A stretch of 64,000 bases of DNA from Mobula hypostoma (Eukaryota): assembly GCF_963921235.1 (NCBI RefSeq), contig NC_086108.1, positions 44,332,001 through 44,396,000 on the forward strand, read 5' to 3'. Below are positions 38,494 through 53,300 of this stretch, piece by piece (position 1 is the first letter of the stretch; the number at the start of each line of letters is the position of its first letter). Under the pieces are notes generated by a model, which was not told where the DNA came from, did not search any database, and worked only from the letters and a program-made list of their open reading frames with translations. A program made the position numbers and the translations under genes.

Positions 38494-38578
38494 TGTATTT
38501 TGGGACCTTTACTGTGCAGCTCCTGAAAGGCGAGACACTTGTGAACATTCGAGTGAAGCAAAAGCCTTTCATGATTAT
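38494..38578 (+). CDS. SSBP3: SSBP3 coding exon 4
   Basis: Polypyrimidine tract plus atcag|T acceptor and TAT|gtgagt donor; [28 protein letters not shown]; no later exon recognised in the window. Confidence 0.95.
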
Positions 38579-40509
38579 GTGAGTTAATTAAAAGTTCTTC
38601 TGGATAATTATTTTGGTACACGATCTTGGTTGTCAACTTCTGTGTTCCTTTATGGAGTAGTATGTGTTGATGCTTGTGCATAGAATCTCAACTTTCTGGG
38701 AGGAGAAACTTTTTGTCAAAATAAATCTGTATGAGTTACAGATTCTGTGATTTTAAAGTGTTTGTTAGAAAGAATGAAAAGAATTGTATTTTTCTGGTCT
38801 TTATAATCTGGGTTAATTTGCAAAAGAATCATTTTGGATGGATTTGCTGCGAGCCTTGCTTTAAAACAGGAAACAAGTGCAAGTAGATCATTGTCTTAAA
38901 GAAGTGGCATTAAGTCTGTTTACATGGTTCCTTGTAGACTTTTTATTAAAGTGAATACATTTTGTTTCAAGGACATCAGATATTTTGAATTTGTAATTTT
39001 GTGTGAAAAGTGAAAGGTGGTCTTCATATAAACAGGACCATTTGCCTTTGGTCACTGAACTTTCAGCATACTGGTACATGGTACATATAATGATTTTCAG
39101 CAGGTGCCTGGGGTACATTTAATGCAGTGAGAGTCCAAGATCAATCTGCTTTGAATCTGAGCCTTCAGAATTGTACATTGTAGATTGTTGTGCATGATTT
39201 AAGAACACTGTTAGAAATGTGTTTAAAATTAAATGCAACTCTTTTTTTGCAGAAAATTAATTATTTTAAGAATAGATTTGACTGGTGGAAAAATAATCTT
39301 AACAGCTAAGATCTCATTAAGAATTTTATGTACTGAGTAAGACTTGTGTTGGGGGATTTTCCTCGTGGTGAGTGGCAGTTGTCATGATGAGTTTGACTAG
39401 TTGCTGACACATGCTTTGAATTAACACTTGGGCACTGGGGGTGTCATGATTAAGTATGCTGATGATGGTGAATGATATTATAAACCCTCAAATATAGAAC
39501 ACTTGCTAGAAGAGCAAGCAGCCTCTTTGTAGGAATATTGTGGAAAATGGAATGTTGGAATGGTTCAAGAATGTGTTTGTATTTGTGCTTTTATTTAAAA
39601 AAAGGATTTTGACTGTTTAAATTTAGTTTTAAAATACAAAAGAACCCACATAAAGCTCTAAATGTGTGGGATACCTGCCAACAGATGTTTTGTGGCGCTC
39701 TTTAGTACAACTTTTGCTCTGGTAGTGTAATCATGTCTGTTGGTATGTCACTGGTTCAGCTGAGTTGAGTTCTGTCATTTACTTTCTGATTGGATGTGAG
39801 GTGAAGTTAGTATGCTTTTGCAAGAACTGTACCTTCCCAGCAAGACTGTGCTAGAGACTAGAAAATTTATAACCCTGGCATAGGGTTTTATGTGTTGGCC
39901 AGGTGATGACAACCTGTTTAAGTAGCTGCACTGCAGGTGGAACTGAGTGGTTGAAACCAGGCTAAGGTGACCAGTTGAATAACAATAGTTTACCAAACTT
40001 GGAGGAAAAATTGTTGAAGGGTACATGCTGTATAATTTTCAACTATGTTAAGAAAAATACATAAGTGACGTTGCAAATTGTACACTTTTCTGTCGTAATC
40101 TGTTCAAACACTTTATGAGTTGTTTTAAAAAAAACAACTTATTTCTCATGGTTTACTTCTAAGAACTTGCATGGAAGATGACTGTAGGACAGTATATTTA
40201 GAGCTTTCATTGAAGTTAACACTGTAGATCTCAACATTTTTACATAAATTAAACTGGTTCCATAATTGGTGTAATTAATTTATGAAGGATATCATGGAAA
40301 CAGCTTTATGTAACATAAGAGCACCTGAGGTGTCTGATTTGAGCAAATGTTGACAATTACAGTCAAAAGGCACTGGGCTCAAAAGAATCTTCTCTGATTC
40401 AGACTGCTGGCTAAGTGCTGCCTCTTGGTTCACAACTGCTTGATGTCCGCTGAACTCCGTTTGGTGACTTTGCTGATCTTAAACAAGATGGGTGGGTTTG
40501 GATACTTTT

Positions 40510-41453
40510 TAGAAACGTAGAAAACCTACAGCACGATACAGGCCCTTCGGCCCACAAAGTTGCATGGAACATGTCCCTACCTTAGAAATTACCTAGGGTT
40601 ACCCATAGCCCTCTATTTTTCTAAGCTCCATGTACCTATCCAGGAGTCTCTTAAAAGACCCTATCGTATCCGCCTCCACCACCGTCACTGGCAGTCTATT
40701 CCATGCACTCACCACTTTCTGCATAAACAACTTACCCCGACATCTCCTCTGTACCTACTTCCAAGCACCTTAAAACTGTGCCCTCTCGTGCTAGCCATTT
40801 CAGCCCTGGGAACAAGCCTCTATCCACACGATCAATGCCTCTCATTATCTTATACACCTCTATCAGGTCACCTCTCATCCTCTGTCGCTCCAAGGAGAAA
40901 AGGCCGAGTTCACTCAACCTATTCTCATAAAGCATGCCTCCCAATCTAGGCAACATCCTTGTAAATCTCCTCTGCACTCTGTCTATGGCTTCCATGTCCT
41001 TCCTGTAGTGAGGTGACCAGAACTGAGCACAGTACTCCAAGTGAGGTCTGACCAGGGTCTTATATAGCTGCAACATTACCTCTCAGCTCGTAAACTCAAT
41101 CCCACGATTGATGAAGGCCAATGCACCATATGCCTTCTTAACCACACAGTCAACCTGCGCCGCAGCTTTGAGTGTCCTATGGACTCGGACCCCAAGATCC
41201 CTCTGAACCTCCACACTGCCAGGAGTCTTACCATTAATGCTATATTCCACCATCATATCTGACCTACCATAATGAACCACTTCACACTTATCTGGGTTAA
41301 ACTCCATCTGCCACTTCTCAGCCCAGTTTTGCATCCCATCAATGTCCCGTTGTAACTTCTGATAGCCCTCCACACTATCCACAACACTCCCAACCTTTGT
41401 GTCATCAGCAAATTTACTAAACCATCCCTCCACTTCCTCATCCAGGTCATTTA
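40510..41453 (-). mobile_element. Young 5'-truncated CR1 LINE
   Basis: SKFADDTK...WAEKWQMEFNPDKCEV and LYKTLVRPHLEYCAQFWSP; frameshifted; tail ttttctacgtttcta. Confidence 0.92.
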
Positions 41454-44400
41454 TGGCAATATTTCTTTAGAATGCATTTTTAGAAAATGGCTGAACCTTC
41501 TGATTCTCATCAGTCTCCTCTGATGTGCACATAGCTGACGGGTACAGGAAATGTACAAAATCCATAAGGGCTGGGATGACCCCTGAAAGCCTGCTCTGTT
41601 ATAAGTGGGCAAAAAGTGAGGGTATTTAGTATCCTGTCAATTGCCTCCTTTCAAAGTTGAACTTGCAGGTAAAACAAACATAGTTACAATTTGAAGATGC
41701 TCAGTTCAGAGTTTTCCTGATGCTTAAGTTTCTAATATAATCAATGTTTATGTTGTGATGCACAAAGTCTTACTGGGTTTGGTTGTGATCTGCGATGCAT
41801 CCGATAACTACTCTGGATTGAGGTGGTAGCTAATATGTAGGTTATCCATTGCATTTTTGGAACTTGGAAAATCAGTTCCTGATCTCATGATTCCTGCTGG
41901 AATTTGAGCTTTAGGTGAGAGCAGTCATAAGCTTGACTAAGATAGTAACACACTGAGTTGGTACCTGCAGCTGGTGGCATTCCATGAACTTCAGAATGAA
42001 CAGTTTTTCAGTTCTTTAGCCTGTGATTTTTTTTTGCAGTAGGAAAATCAGATGACATCCTTGTCCATGTGGATTCTTAGAATCTATTTCTAATGAAAGT
42101 CAATGGCAAGCAGGAGTCCTAAATTCTGTTTGGTGTGGAGATGATGAGTGAATGACATACAAAAAATGCTGCCTTCTAATGAGTGTTAATAGATTATAGC
42201 AAAATTGTAATTAATATGAGAAGCACTAGTTCTGGAAATGCCTATGTAAGTATACTCAAAGAATGTAGAAACTTGTTTTTCTATGTCCATTTGGGTAAAT
42301 TGCACTGTAGAATATCAACTCTGCAGTTGAATTGTTCAAAATCTATGTTTGCTATGAGAACACTTGTGATCTGTGATTGCTGGGTTTGTGCATTTATACC
42401 TCATTATGTCACCATCCTTGCTGTTAAAATTAGGTTGTGTTAATAGATGTCACAATTAGAACCAACAAATGCCTTTGTGTGAATTTTCATTGGGTTATAC
42501 ACATTCTCAAGCCTTCACTTGAATCCAAGTTCAGTTTTAGCTAAAAGTGTCTTAATCAACAGTGGTCAACATCTTAACAAAATGCCAACTCTTGAGTTTG
42601 TCAGTGAATGTTTGGCTGAGGGGTACTAACACAGACTCATAACTTTCAGAATGTTGTCCAGCAGGGTTTGTTTGGTAATGGCTAGGCATAACAACTTGTC
42701 CTGGTTTTGTTTTTGTTTCCTGCCGAGGAGCATTAAATCAGTTATTCCAATTGCTGCAGAAATTGCCTGATTGGGATTTGGATTTGAATTTGAGGACTTC
42801 TAGTAGCAGTACTTTACAGGATGATGCGCTTTACTTAATAAGAATCAGGATGTGTGGTTAGCTGTAGTTTATTGCTGCTTTGTCATGTCAGTACGGTTGT
42901 ATGCACTTGTCCGTGGTTTAGAAAGAGATGGCTATTTGTGATGTATTCAATGTCACTTTCCTGAATAACTGCTATGGACAACTAGTAGTTGAGGTTGGGA
43001 TATAATTGTTTAATTAGCATATGTCAAGCCCTGCTGTCTGAGCTTGGGTATAGCTACATTACCGGATATATTGATAAAATCTGATGAAATGTGAAGTCTC
43101 TGTAGCTCTTGCAAAGTTGGAATAACAATGGCTGAGCTTGGCAGTTGCCTAAGAGCATTCATTTTGCAAGAGGTTGAGGTGATCAACAGACTCTTGTCAT
43201 CATCAGCTCATAAGGTGATGATACTAATCAATATGCTCTTCATGTCCCTGCTGAAGTTGGCCAAATCAGGATAAAGTGGCTTTCTGCTCCTCCTGTTGAG
43301 TTCCACACCCAATGCTGCAATGTACCATTTAAGGAGCTTGTTCATCTTTGAGCTTTCTGTAAGAATGTTGCTGTAATTGTCATTGTGGGTGCTACTTGGT
43401 GTAGAACATAGTGTAACTTACACCACCCAAACCATTGCTTGTTAGAATGGAAAGGTTGATTTCCTGAGGCTTGAGCTTCAATTTGAGGAAGAACTTTGTT
43501 CAACGCTGATGACTTGAAATAAGTCAGTTTGTTGATGTTATTTAGAATTGCAGTAGGTTTTAGCTGGACTGGCATTCAGATGTGATGGGTAACTGCCAAG
43601 TGAGCTTTACGTTTTTTGAATTATTGGACGTAGTTAAATAAAAATTTCTTTGTAAACAAGTGAAAATGATGGCCTAGTTAGCTAGTTATAGCTCATTTTC
43701 ATTATGTAGTAATGGGTAATAGCACCAAAATATTCTTCAAAGTTACTTAATTTTTTCAGTGTACTCTAGTGTTTAGTATTTTTTTAAATTTAAAAAAAAA
43801 CCTTACAAAATGCTCGAGGGAATTTTTATTAGAATATAAAATTAGTTGAGGTATTTGTTAGAACAGGCAATAGGAATCAATCCAAGCAGAAGTTTCCACA
43901 GTGCTTGAATCTGGGTCCTTGTATCTCAAAGGTTATTTCTGGTCATTGCTCTATTCCAGAAAGGACAGCAGCCCTTAAATACTATGGGCTAAGTGCATTT
44001 CTCCCTTATTGTGTGCCTTAGCAGACATTATTGCTAGCCCATGGAAGGTAGTCCAGCTGATTTGATCCAACACCCTTGTGAAGGTTCCTGTAAAGTCCAC
44101 AGAAGTTCCTTTCCACTTGTGTTTTATTTTTTACTGAGAATCATTTTTGTGATTTAATTATCACCCAGGGTGGGTTCAGCAAGTTTAGCCCCAGTATGGA
44201 AATTATATGTGGGGTTTCTATTCAGCACTGCACAGATGGTAAAGTACATTAGAATGTTTTAATGTGACAGATGATGCTGTACAAATGCAGGACGTTATGA
44301 CTCAGTCCAATGTGACATGCTCAGTGCTGGGTGAGCTTCAGAAGGAGTCAGTTTAAAAGACGTAAATATGAGGAGAACATTAGGGAAAGTGTACAGAATT

Positions 44401-44919
44401 TACTGAATCTGTATGATGGGGGAAAAACACTTCATTAGATCCCTTGAGTCATGGAAGAAACTGGGAGTAAATGTAGAGGACGTTTAAGTTCCTTAACTCA
44501 GGATTCTAAAGTGTGCAGTTGTGGTTGAGTGTTTGTTAACTATCCAGGTTAATCTTACCATTTAAAAAAAAAATGAATTTCTCAATTGAAAGCACTAACT
44601 AATGAAAATGTGGGTGCATTATAAGAAAAAGTGTTGTTAAAATGTTTAACCTTGGAGGATGAGAAATTCCTGCAGGTGTGTTCATGTTTGAATACTGAGT
44701 CTTAGTTACAGGGGTGTCTAGTGCAAATGAGACTACATCTCTACTAGGGTTGCACTTAACTGAAAAACTGGTCAAATCCCATATTTGATCATCAGTCTGT
44801 TTGCTGAGATCAACCTTGATATTTTAGGGAAAGTGGATATCTTTACACTTGAGTTGGGTATTGAACCAGGTACAGGTATTCTACTTCATATGGTCTTTGC
44901 TGGCTAATGCATGTGAGAT

Positions 44920-46020
44920 CCACAATAAGGCAATTGGAGTAGGCTGCTTGTCTGTTTGAGCCTGTCCTGTCAATTATGATAATATTAGATCCTCTATCCT
45001 CAAACTATTTTCCTGCTTTACTCCTTTAACCTTTAGATGCATTTTTTTTACATGTAGATATCTATATATTGACAGCTTATTGGCTTGGCCTCTACTTCCT
45101 TCTGTGGTAGATGATCCGTCCTGTTCACTACACTTTGCATGAGTAAATATCACCATTTTTGTCATAAATGCCTTAATACTATAACCTGAGAACATAACGA
45201 CTAGTTCTAGACATTTCAATCAAGGAAACATTCTCTTTGCATGTAGTCTTTCAAGCCCTGTCAGAAGTTTGTGAATCTCTGTATATGACAGTGCTGCTAG
45301 TTCATGGATCATTTTGTCTATAACAAGTATAGGTTTTTGTAGGAGAGATCAATATTGTTCAATGCTCAAGATACAGTATCACCAAAACTCTTTGTAATTG
45401 AGCAAGACATCCTTGTGCCTATATTCAAACACTCTTGCAATGAAAGCCAGTGTTTTGATTCAGGCACTGGTCTACATTATTTCTTGATTTATCATCATTT
45501 AACTAATGGGCTACATTTGTTTTAACTTCCAAAGTGAATAACTTTACATACATCTACACTATGCTGTGTTTATTGTGTATTTGTCCACTTACTGAACTTG
45601 TCTAAATTGCCTTGAAATTTCTTTGCATTATCTTCATGATTCTCAGTGACAACTCTAGTGTCAATGATGGGCTTAAAAATATTATAATCAATTCCCACAG
45701 TCATTATATATTGAGAATTGATGAGGCCCAGGTACTGATGCCCACTACTTCAAGTTGTCATGTGCTATCCTAATAAAGACCCATTTATTCCTTGTTTTCT
45801 GCTCACCAACCAGTTTTCAGTCCTTTGTTCTATTTCTCCAACCTCATATCCTTTGATTTCCCAAACTCACCTCTTGAGTTGGGCTGTTAAAGAGATCTTC
45901 TGAAAATTCAAAAACAGGTTATCTACTGGTTTTTCCATAATCCCTCAAATCTCAAGTAGATTTGTCAAAAAAAGCATTTCCCTTCATAAATTTCTGTAAA
46001 CTTTGTCACATCCCAACCTA
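44920..46020 (-). mobile_element. Old degenerate CR1 fragment
   Basis: Recognisable minus-strand CR1 3' UTR and RT remnants (ggagtaggctgc...gagcctgtcctg, cttgcaatgaaagccag, gaggcccaggtactgatgccc). Confidence 0.55.
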
Positions 46021-47044
46021 ATCATCTAAGAATCTTGCGAGCACATCCTTCATCATAATCTCCCTCTAACTGGTAGGTTATCCATTCTATGGTTTATGGG
46101 TTTTCTTTCTTCCTTGACCTCTAAATCATTTGCTACTCTCCACTGTAGGAACTGTTCCTTAACATGTAGAATTTGGAAAATAATAACTAATAGTAATAAT
46201 GAATTCATACATTATTTCTTTTGCTTTTCAATTTTTATTATTTTGAGATTCAGATTATCCATCCTAGAAATTTCTCAAGAACAATTTTTATTGTTTCCTT
46301 TAATTCCTTTTCAATTGGACTCTTAGTTACCTGGCATTTCTGGGAAGTTGTGTCCACATCAGTGAAGTCAACTAAAGACTTTAATTTCTCTGCATTTCTT
46401 TTCCCCTTAATATAAACTAAGGAGCTTCATTTGTTGTCTTTATTTTTTTCCTGTTTAAGAAGATTTCATGATTCACTTTTATCTCTTTCCAAGTTTATTC
46501 TTGTACTCTCTTTTTTACTTCCTTAATCTTTGTCCATTTTCACTGAATTCTAAACTATTCCTAATTTTCTACTTTCTCTGACAACTTTATTTGACTCTTT
46601 TTTGGATCTAAGACTACATTTTTATTCATCGTATGACTATTTTCCTTTTCAGATGTAGATGTGTTCTTGCATTTGGTTCTTAAATGTCGACCATTTCCTA
46701 TCTACTATCATTTTTTTTTGTATTTTTTTGTTTTTTTTTCTTTTACTATCATATTTTTTAGTGAATGTTCCTCAGTGTTTCATGGCCTGCTCACTGGTAC
46801 ATTTGTTGGTTTGTGTAAAATTAAAGACACTAGTTTTAGACTGAACTATTTCACATACTACCTTAAATTCTATCTTTCCTAAAGGATGCGGCACAACACG
46901 ATTATTGATTAACCCCCTTGCACAGTACCCAAACCCAGATAGCTCGTTAGCTGTTCAGCTAGAGAACAACTTGTCTAAAATGTAATCCACTTCTAACTCT
47001 GCAAATCTATTTTCTGTGCTACTTTCAGAGAGTCTATGACTGTA

Positions 47045-47320
47045 GGATGCAGCTTTAGAATAGAAGGATGCCCCTTTAGAACAGATATGAGGAGGAATTT
47101 TTTTAGCCAGAGGGTGGTGAATCTGTGAAATTCATTTCCACAGATGGCTGTGGCAGCCATATTTAAAGCAGAGGCTGATGGCTTCTAGATTAGTGAGAGC
47201 ATCAAAGGTTATGGACAGAAGGCAGGAAATAGGGTTCAGCGCAAAAATAAATTGGCATGATTGAATAGTGGAGCAGACTTGATGGGCTGAATCGCCTTTT
47301 CCTGCTCCTATGTCTTATTG
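47045..47320 (+). mobile_element. CR1 3' fragment
   Basis: gatatgaggaggaatttttttagccagagggtggtgaatctgtg...cctgctcctatgtcttat. Confidence 0.8.
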
Positions 47321-50300
47321 CTAATTTGGTTTGAGCAGTCTATATTTATGATTAATTCTCTAACTTGCTGGTCTGTTGTCCCCCATGTTATTGGTTGGAG
47401 GCCAAGTGACGAATCCCATTAATGCTTATTGCCCGTGTCATTTAGCTCTACCCTGACTGATTCTGCATCTTGGATTTTTTTTAGTGAATATTCTTTATCA
47501 TAATTTGTATTTGCTGCTTTATTAACAATGCCTCACAGCTCTTCTTTTCCTTGCTGTCCACTGAAATCAGGCATCCAAGAACACGGTACTGGGTCCAAGC
47601 ACATTTTTAAGAGGTTTCAAAGGCTTTAATGATAAGAAAATGAAGGATTAAAGGGCTTGCATAAAATCAACTGACAAGAAGGCTTGTTTCTAAGCTAGAT
47701 GGTTAAATGCTTAAATGCTGTATCTTGGCAACAAAATATTTAACTTTTCTGACTATTTTCAAAATTGACCCCTGATCACCTTGGTCAATTATGTAGGTGT
47801 TTAAGTGGCATAAAAACTACTAGGGTCGATAAATGGAAGCAAGTATCAGTTTTTCAGAGTTTGAGAGAAGCTTGGAAGTCCTTCTACAATGATCTCAATT
47901 GAATCTTGAGGTTTCATTCTGCTGAAGTTGTGGATGGACTGATTCAATTGTGTAAAGGTTGTGAAGTTTTTAGTGTTTTGAAAGGAAAATAGCTGAATAG
48001 TAGGCTGATTTGGAATAACACACATGGATTTTTAGTGCAGTTAATGTTGAAAATACTCATGATGTAAATTTTGGAATAGTTAAATTTGCAGAATGATACT
48101 TTTGCCTTCCCCTCTGCTCCTTTTGCCACTTGGTCCGGACCTGACGTTGCTCGGATGTGGCTGAATACGAATTACGTTGTGGCAACTCTGCCTTTGATTT
48201 CGAGGGCATGAGGTGTGTTTCCTTGATATCCTGCAATGGTAGGTTAACTGTCATTTAAGTACCCTCAGTGTGCAGATGAGGAAGGGAAGAAATGTGGGGG
48301 AAGAGGCATGGAAAGGGAATAAAAAGAAATTAGTGCAATTGGGCCCATAATGGTTGGCATAGATTTGCTGGGATGTAAAGCATTTTTCAGTGCTGTGTGA
48401 CTTTGACTTGAGTAATGGTAAAAATTGCACACGAGTCTTGTGTGAGGGACTACAGTTGCTCCTACATGGCTAATGTGGAGTTCATATAAGGCTTTTTTTG
48501 AATTGGTGAGGTGATGGCTTTATCACCATTTTTCCTAGGGGGCAGAACATTTAGCTTCATGTGATTCAGTTGGATTTTCACTGTTCAGTTGAATGTGTGA
48601 GGGATACTACCCCAAAGTACTCCTTCACTACTACACTGGTCATTCTTAATTTTAAAATAAAATCCAGTATGCGGCCTGAATCCACGAGTTTGTAATCCAG
48701 AGCTAAGAATATAAGGCAGATGAAAATACAGAAATAACTACAGATGCTAGAAATCTGAAATAATAAATTGCTGGAAAAACTCAGCAGGTCGGGCTGCATC
48801 TGTGGGAAGAGAAACTGTTTGGTTCAGGCTGAAGACCCTGCATCAGAACTGAGCTGCTGAATTTTCCCAGCATATGCTGTTGAAGCAGAATTTCAAGCAG
48901 ATGTCCTACAACCACTAATGGAGTGTGGGAAATGTGTGTATGGTTTGTGTCTGATTTAATCTGGCAAAATTCATTTTGCTTGAACCATTTCCTCATTATT
49001 GAGATTATGGACTTATGGAAGTTTTACTATTGAATTTTAAGGTTTTCCTCTTGGTTTTTTTTTAATCCCTAAATTTCTAAGAAGGGTCATCGGTGTCTTT
49101 GCACAGCTTCCAGATGCATCCCCAATGGGTGGCCATTCTTTGTCTCAGTCATCCCAGACGGTGTATGTCAGCAGGCTTACTTACATGTGTAACATGTGGG
49201 AGGTCAATCCTGACCTCGGCTAACCTGACTCTGCTTGTGTGCATTTTCCAACATGGGTAGTGATTGAGAATGGGCACCCTTGCTGATGGTCTGAAATGTT
49301 AAATTAGAGGTGTTGAAGCCTCCTGTTGTGGTCCAACAGCCACTCTGATGAGGTCAAACAGGGTAATTTGCAAAATAATAGATGGGCTGTGACCTCACTT
49401 GTTTTGAAAAAATATTGACACATTCAAATGTACATGTCAAAAAGTATGTGTATTACTAAAATTAAAGCTAAAAATGTGGAGACTGCATGTTCTTGCTTTA
49501 GTGTCAAAATCCATGAAAACCAGGTATTTGGTATAGGGTATGTCAATGTGATTTCTGCCTGCACGTTTGATTACTTGGTAAAGGGAGAAGTAGTGTGTGA
49601 TTTTCCAGCTACTTGGTCTGTTTTTCTGAAATCTGTATTCACCTGGAGTTTCACTGGAAGAAACATTGAATAGGAAACCTGATGAAAAAAGAATGAAAGT
49701 AACATGTCACAGAAAAGGATAACATACTTTATTAAAATTGGTCCTCCAAAGCTGTATCTTAGTTGCAATGTGTAAGCTAATTGAATAGTTCACAAACAGA
49801 TGGAGCATTTGACTTTAGTGAGTAAAATTTAAAGAGCAGTGCGCAGTTCAATTCTGCTATATCATTTTAAAAAAAGCTTATGGAACACTTCATTTGAGAA
49901 TTTTTATGGAGCTTATAAATCTGTTTCCTCCTTTCACCATAAAATTATATAAATGTAACTACTGGGATTTAATAGAAATTCAATGTGAGTTTAGCAGTGC
50001 CCATAATTTTATTTTGTCCTGGATGCATTATATTAACACCCCTTGTGATCGGGTTGAAGCTCTTGTGTCCTGGTGGGTGGATCTTGAATCCATCCATTGG
50101 CATTTGGATTATAAGGCTGCAAAGTGGAAGCTTCAGAATCTGATGCAGGATTTTCAGCCCTCCTCCTTCACAGATGGGATTAGCTGTGTACCAGTGTTGA
50201 AGAGTAAGCTCGAAAATGATATTCAGGTTTATCAATCATCCTCTCTTGATTTACCTAAATGATAGCTGTTGTTTCAGAGTAAATAAATAAATTATCAAAA

Positions 50301-53300
50301 AATTCCTAGTTGTGGAAGTTGCAGTAAAATGCTTGCTGCATGTTAATTCTAGTTGTCATCCATTGTACAAAAATAGTAACAGAACATTGAAATGATACAT
50401 CGGGCTTTTGGTTTGGCAATTATACATAGTTTAAGTGAGTGGTCTTCTGAGTGTTCCATGTTCAATAGCATCAACTGATTGAAGAGACACTGGCCACAGC
50501 TTGATTTTTATTTTCCTGTTCACTGCCTCTCCTCCCAAGGCTGCCAACGGTTTACGATTTTGCTAACAGGTCAGGAACAAGTCACTTCTTCATAGGAACA
50601 ACCTTCTCTACCACTGCTGCCACCATCCTGAGTTGAATGCATATTTGTTTTGAGTAGCAGTAGCAGAGCTGTGCATAGCTGTGGTATAGTGTGAGCTGCC
50701 TTTTGTTTGTAGAATGTTGCTCATTGTGACATGGCCACGTGTAATAGGGGCCCGTAGTCAGATCTGTCTTTGTGTTAGTATGAGACAGCTATTGCTGGCT
50801 AAGTTGCACTTTGAGGTGTCTGACCTACGCTGGGGAGCTGGGTGGGATCAGGAGCCTGTTTTCTTTAGGGCAGAATGCCTAGTTACAGATTTGTAGTTTA
50901 TGGTGGTGTTTGGGCCTCTGTCCAGATTCTTTCCACAGTCTGTTTCTGAAGGACAAAAGGAAGACAAAAGAGGGAGATTTGCAATTCGTATTGGAAGCTG
51001 CAAGTATGACTTGCTTTGTGAACCACGAAAGAAAAAGCTCTAGTTATTTGGGCTCTTCTATTCAAATGGGGCATCTGTCCCTTGTGTGCTCTTGATGGTA
51101 CATCGTAAACTCTATCTGTGCTTTCTGAAGTGGTGTTGTATCTGGATTTATTTGTTTTTTTTTGAGGTTAAGATGTTGGGGAGGATTGGCAAGTATGACC
51201 CTGCTGCAGATTGCTGGATGTTCCAGCATTAAACTTTGCACAGTGGGGTGGGGGAAGGCAGTGAAGAACAGGGGAGTGTCAAGTCACTTTCCACTACTAG
51301 TTTACTGAAATTTACTAATTTACTGAAATTGTTTGCTTTAGTATTTGTAGAGAAGAATGTGGCCTTGGTAAGAACCAGATGTAATTGAACCTTTTTTTTT
51401 AACTGGATGCTAAATGATCTGCCTTTGTATTGGGTTAAGTGCTGTACAGCCCAGTATTGAAGTACAGATTCGTTTATTGGTAAAGTTTGCAATGTTTTCA
51501 CGATTCTGATGTTTAAAAATTCAGTGGTCTGTGTTTACTGCTGAAAACTGAATTTGGATTATCCAGGTGGAATCTAAACAACTGGTTGGAGACTTGACTA
51601 TAGAAGGAATAGTGGCTGATCTCTGATTTTTGTCAAATGTGCATTTTGTTCAGAGGTCATTAGATGATGATTGGGAGGAGGAATTTTGGCTGATTTTACA
51701 GCTCCCCACCCTAAACCACAGAGGTCGGTTGGCACACCCCTGTTCTCTCCCCAGCTAAGATCAACTAATTTCTCGGACGAAACTAAACACTTAATGGGAT
51801 AGAGAAACTGGGCTTGTGGAAAACTAACAAACAAATTATAACAATTCAAATAATATTACTGGCTTTCAAGACAAGGGGTGAAATACAAATTATCCCATGC
51901 ATATTGTAAAAAAAATATGTAGTTGCTTTAGAACTAATTAGTTCTCAGAAGTGGAACCTAATTTTAATTCTCATTTCTGACCCTGCCAGCCCCCCAAAAA
52001 ATTGTACCAAGGTGCCTAGTTTGTCATAAACATGAACTGTGCTTCGAAAGCTCTTCTTCAGATCCTAACCAAGCTGTTCTCTAAGTAGCTAATTGCTGGC
52101 TGCGCACACTGTTTACATGACTGAAGAATGTTTCTCCTTGGCTTTTTTTTGCAAGTAACTTCCTTTATCCGCTCGTTATGGAATTGATCTGAAGCTTCAA
52201 CACAAACTTTCTCACCTCAGTTAAGCACAGAAATAGTTCATTTGTGTTCCTTTCGTACCTGTATTATAACTTGGAAGGCAAATCTCTAAGTTTGAACATC
52301 GTACATTGATGTGTGGCCAGTCATATTTATTAGCATTTTAACTATTTCCTGAATAATGGTGACAAAATTTTACCCACATTCTGAGACGTTTATGCCAAGT
52401 TAACCACTGTCCATCTTCTACTTTTTGTTATTGTCTCAATCTTAAATCTACCAATTAAGATCATGGTTAATGACTTTCTGACCAATTACTTGCCCCTTCT
52501 GCTGTCACTTTATCTTCAATGGAAACTTACAATAACATGGCACCTCAGAAAGATGGTTTAGGTCATGTCTGAAAGGAGTTTCATGAGGAAGTACTAGACC
52601 CTGTGGTCTTGGTCGCTAAAGGGACAGGTGCCAGTGGTGGGGCTGAAGCCTTATTTTATCCCTGCGTTGATGTGTTTCTTTGTTATTTACCCTCATCTTA
52701 TTGCTGAGCTTGATTTTGTTTGAGTTGCACCATGTGCCCTAACCCAATTCATTTCAAACATTCACAGCTTTTCTTATTGACTTTTATATTACCTGTTATG
52801 GTGAGTGATTACCTCTTTTTGAAAAATAGTTACTTGTGACCTTTCAGAATATTCATCCTCAACCCTTTGTTCTTCTGAACAAATGTCTCAGCTTGACTCC
52901 TCTGTGGTTCTAATAAAAAGTCATTGACTGGAAACATTAATTGTGTTTATCTGTCCATTAATGTTGCTTGACCTGCTGCATATTTCCGGCATTTTATACC
53001 TGTGTTTCAGAAGTCCAGCATTTTTTTTTGCTTTAAGATTCTTTTTTGTAGCTCTGAATATGTTGCTTTCTCTATCCATGTGCATCTTTCCTGTTTGAAT
53101 TTCCTGCTGGGTTTTGTTGCAAATTGCATGATCTACTTTGATCATAATGCATTTTCACTCCTTGAATCTTAGTTGTTGATACAGTATCATGATTTGCACC
53201 TGTTGACCAAATTGATTTCACTTTTATCCACCAGATTATGGCAAAGTAATCTTCTGTATTGGCCTTTTCTGGTTTTAATACTGTTGTACTCATTAATGAT

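Noticed and set aside
51296..51331. 18-bp tandem duplication (actagtttactgaaattt)
   Set aside because: Ordinary slippage-scale event
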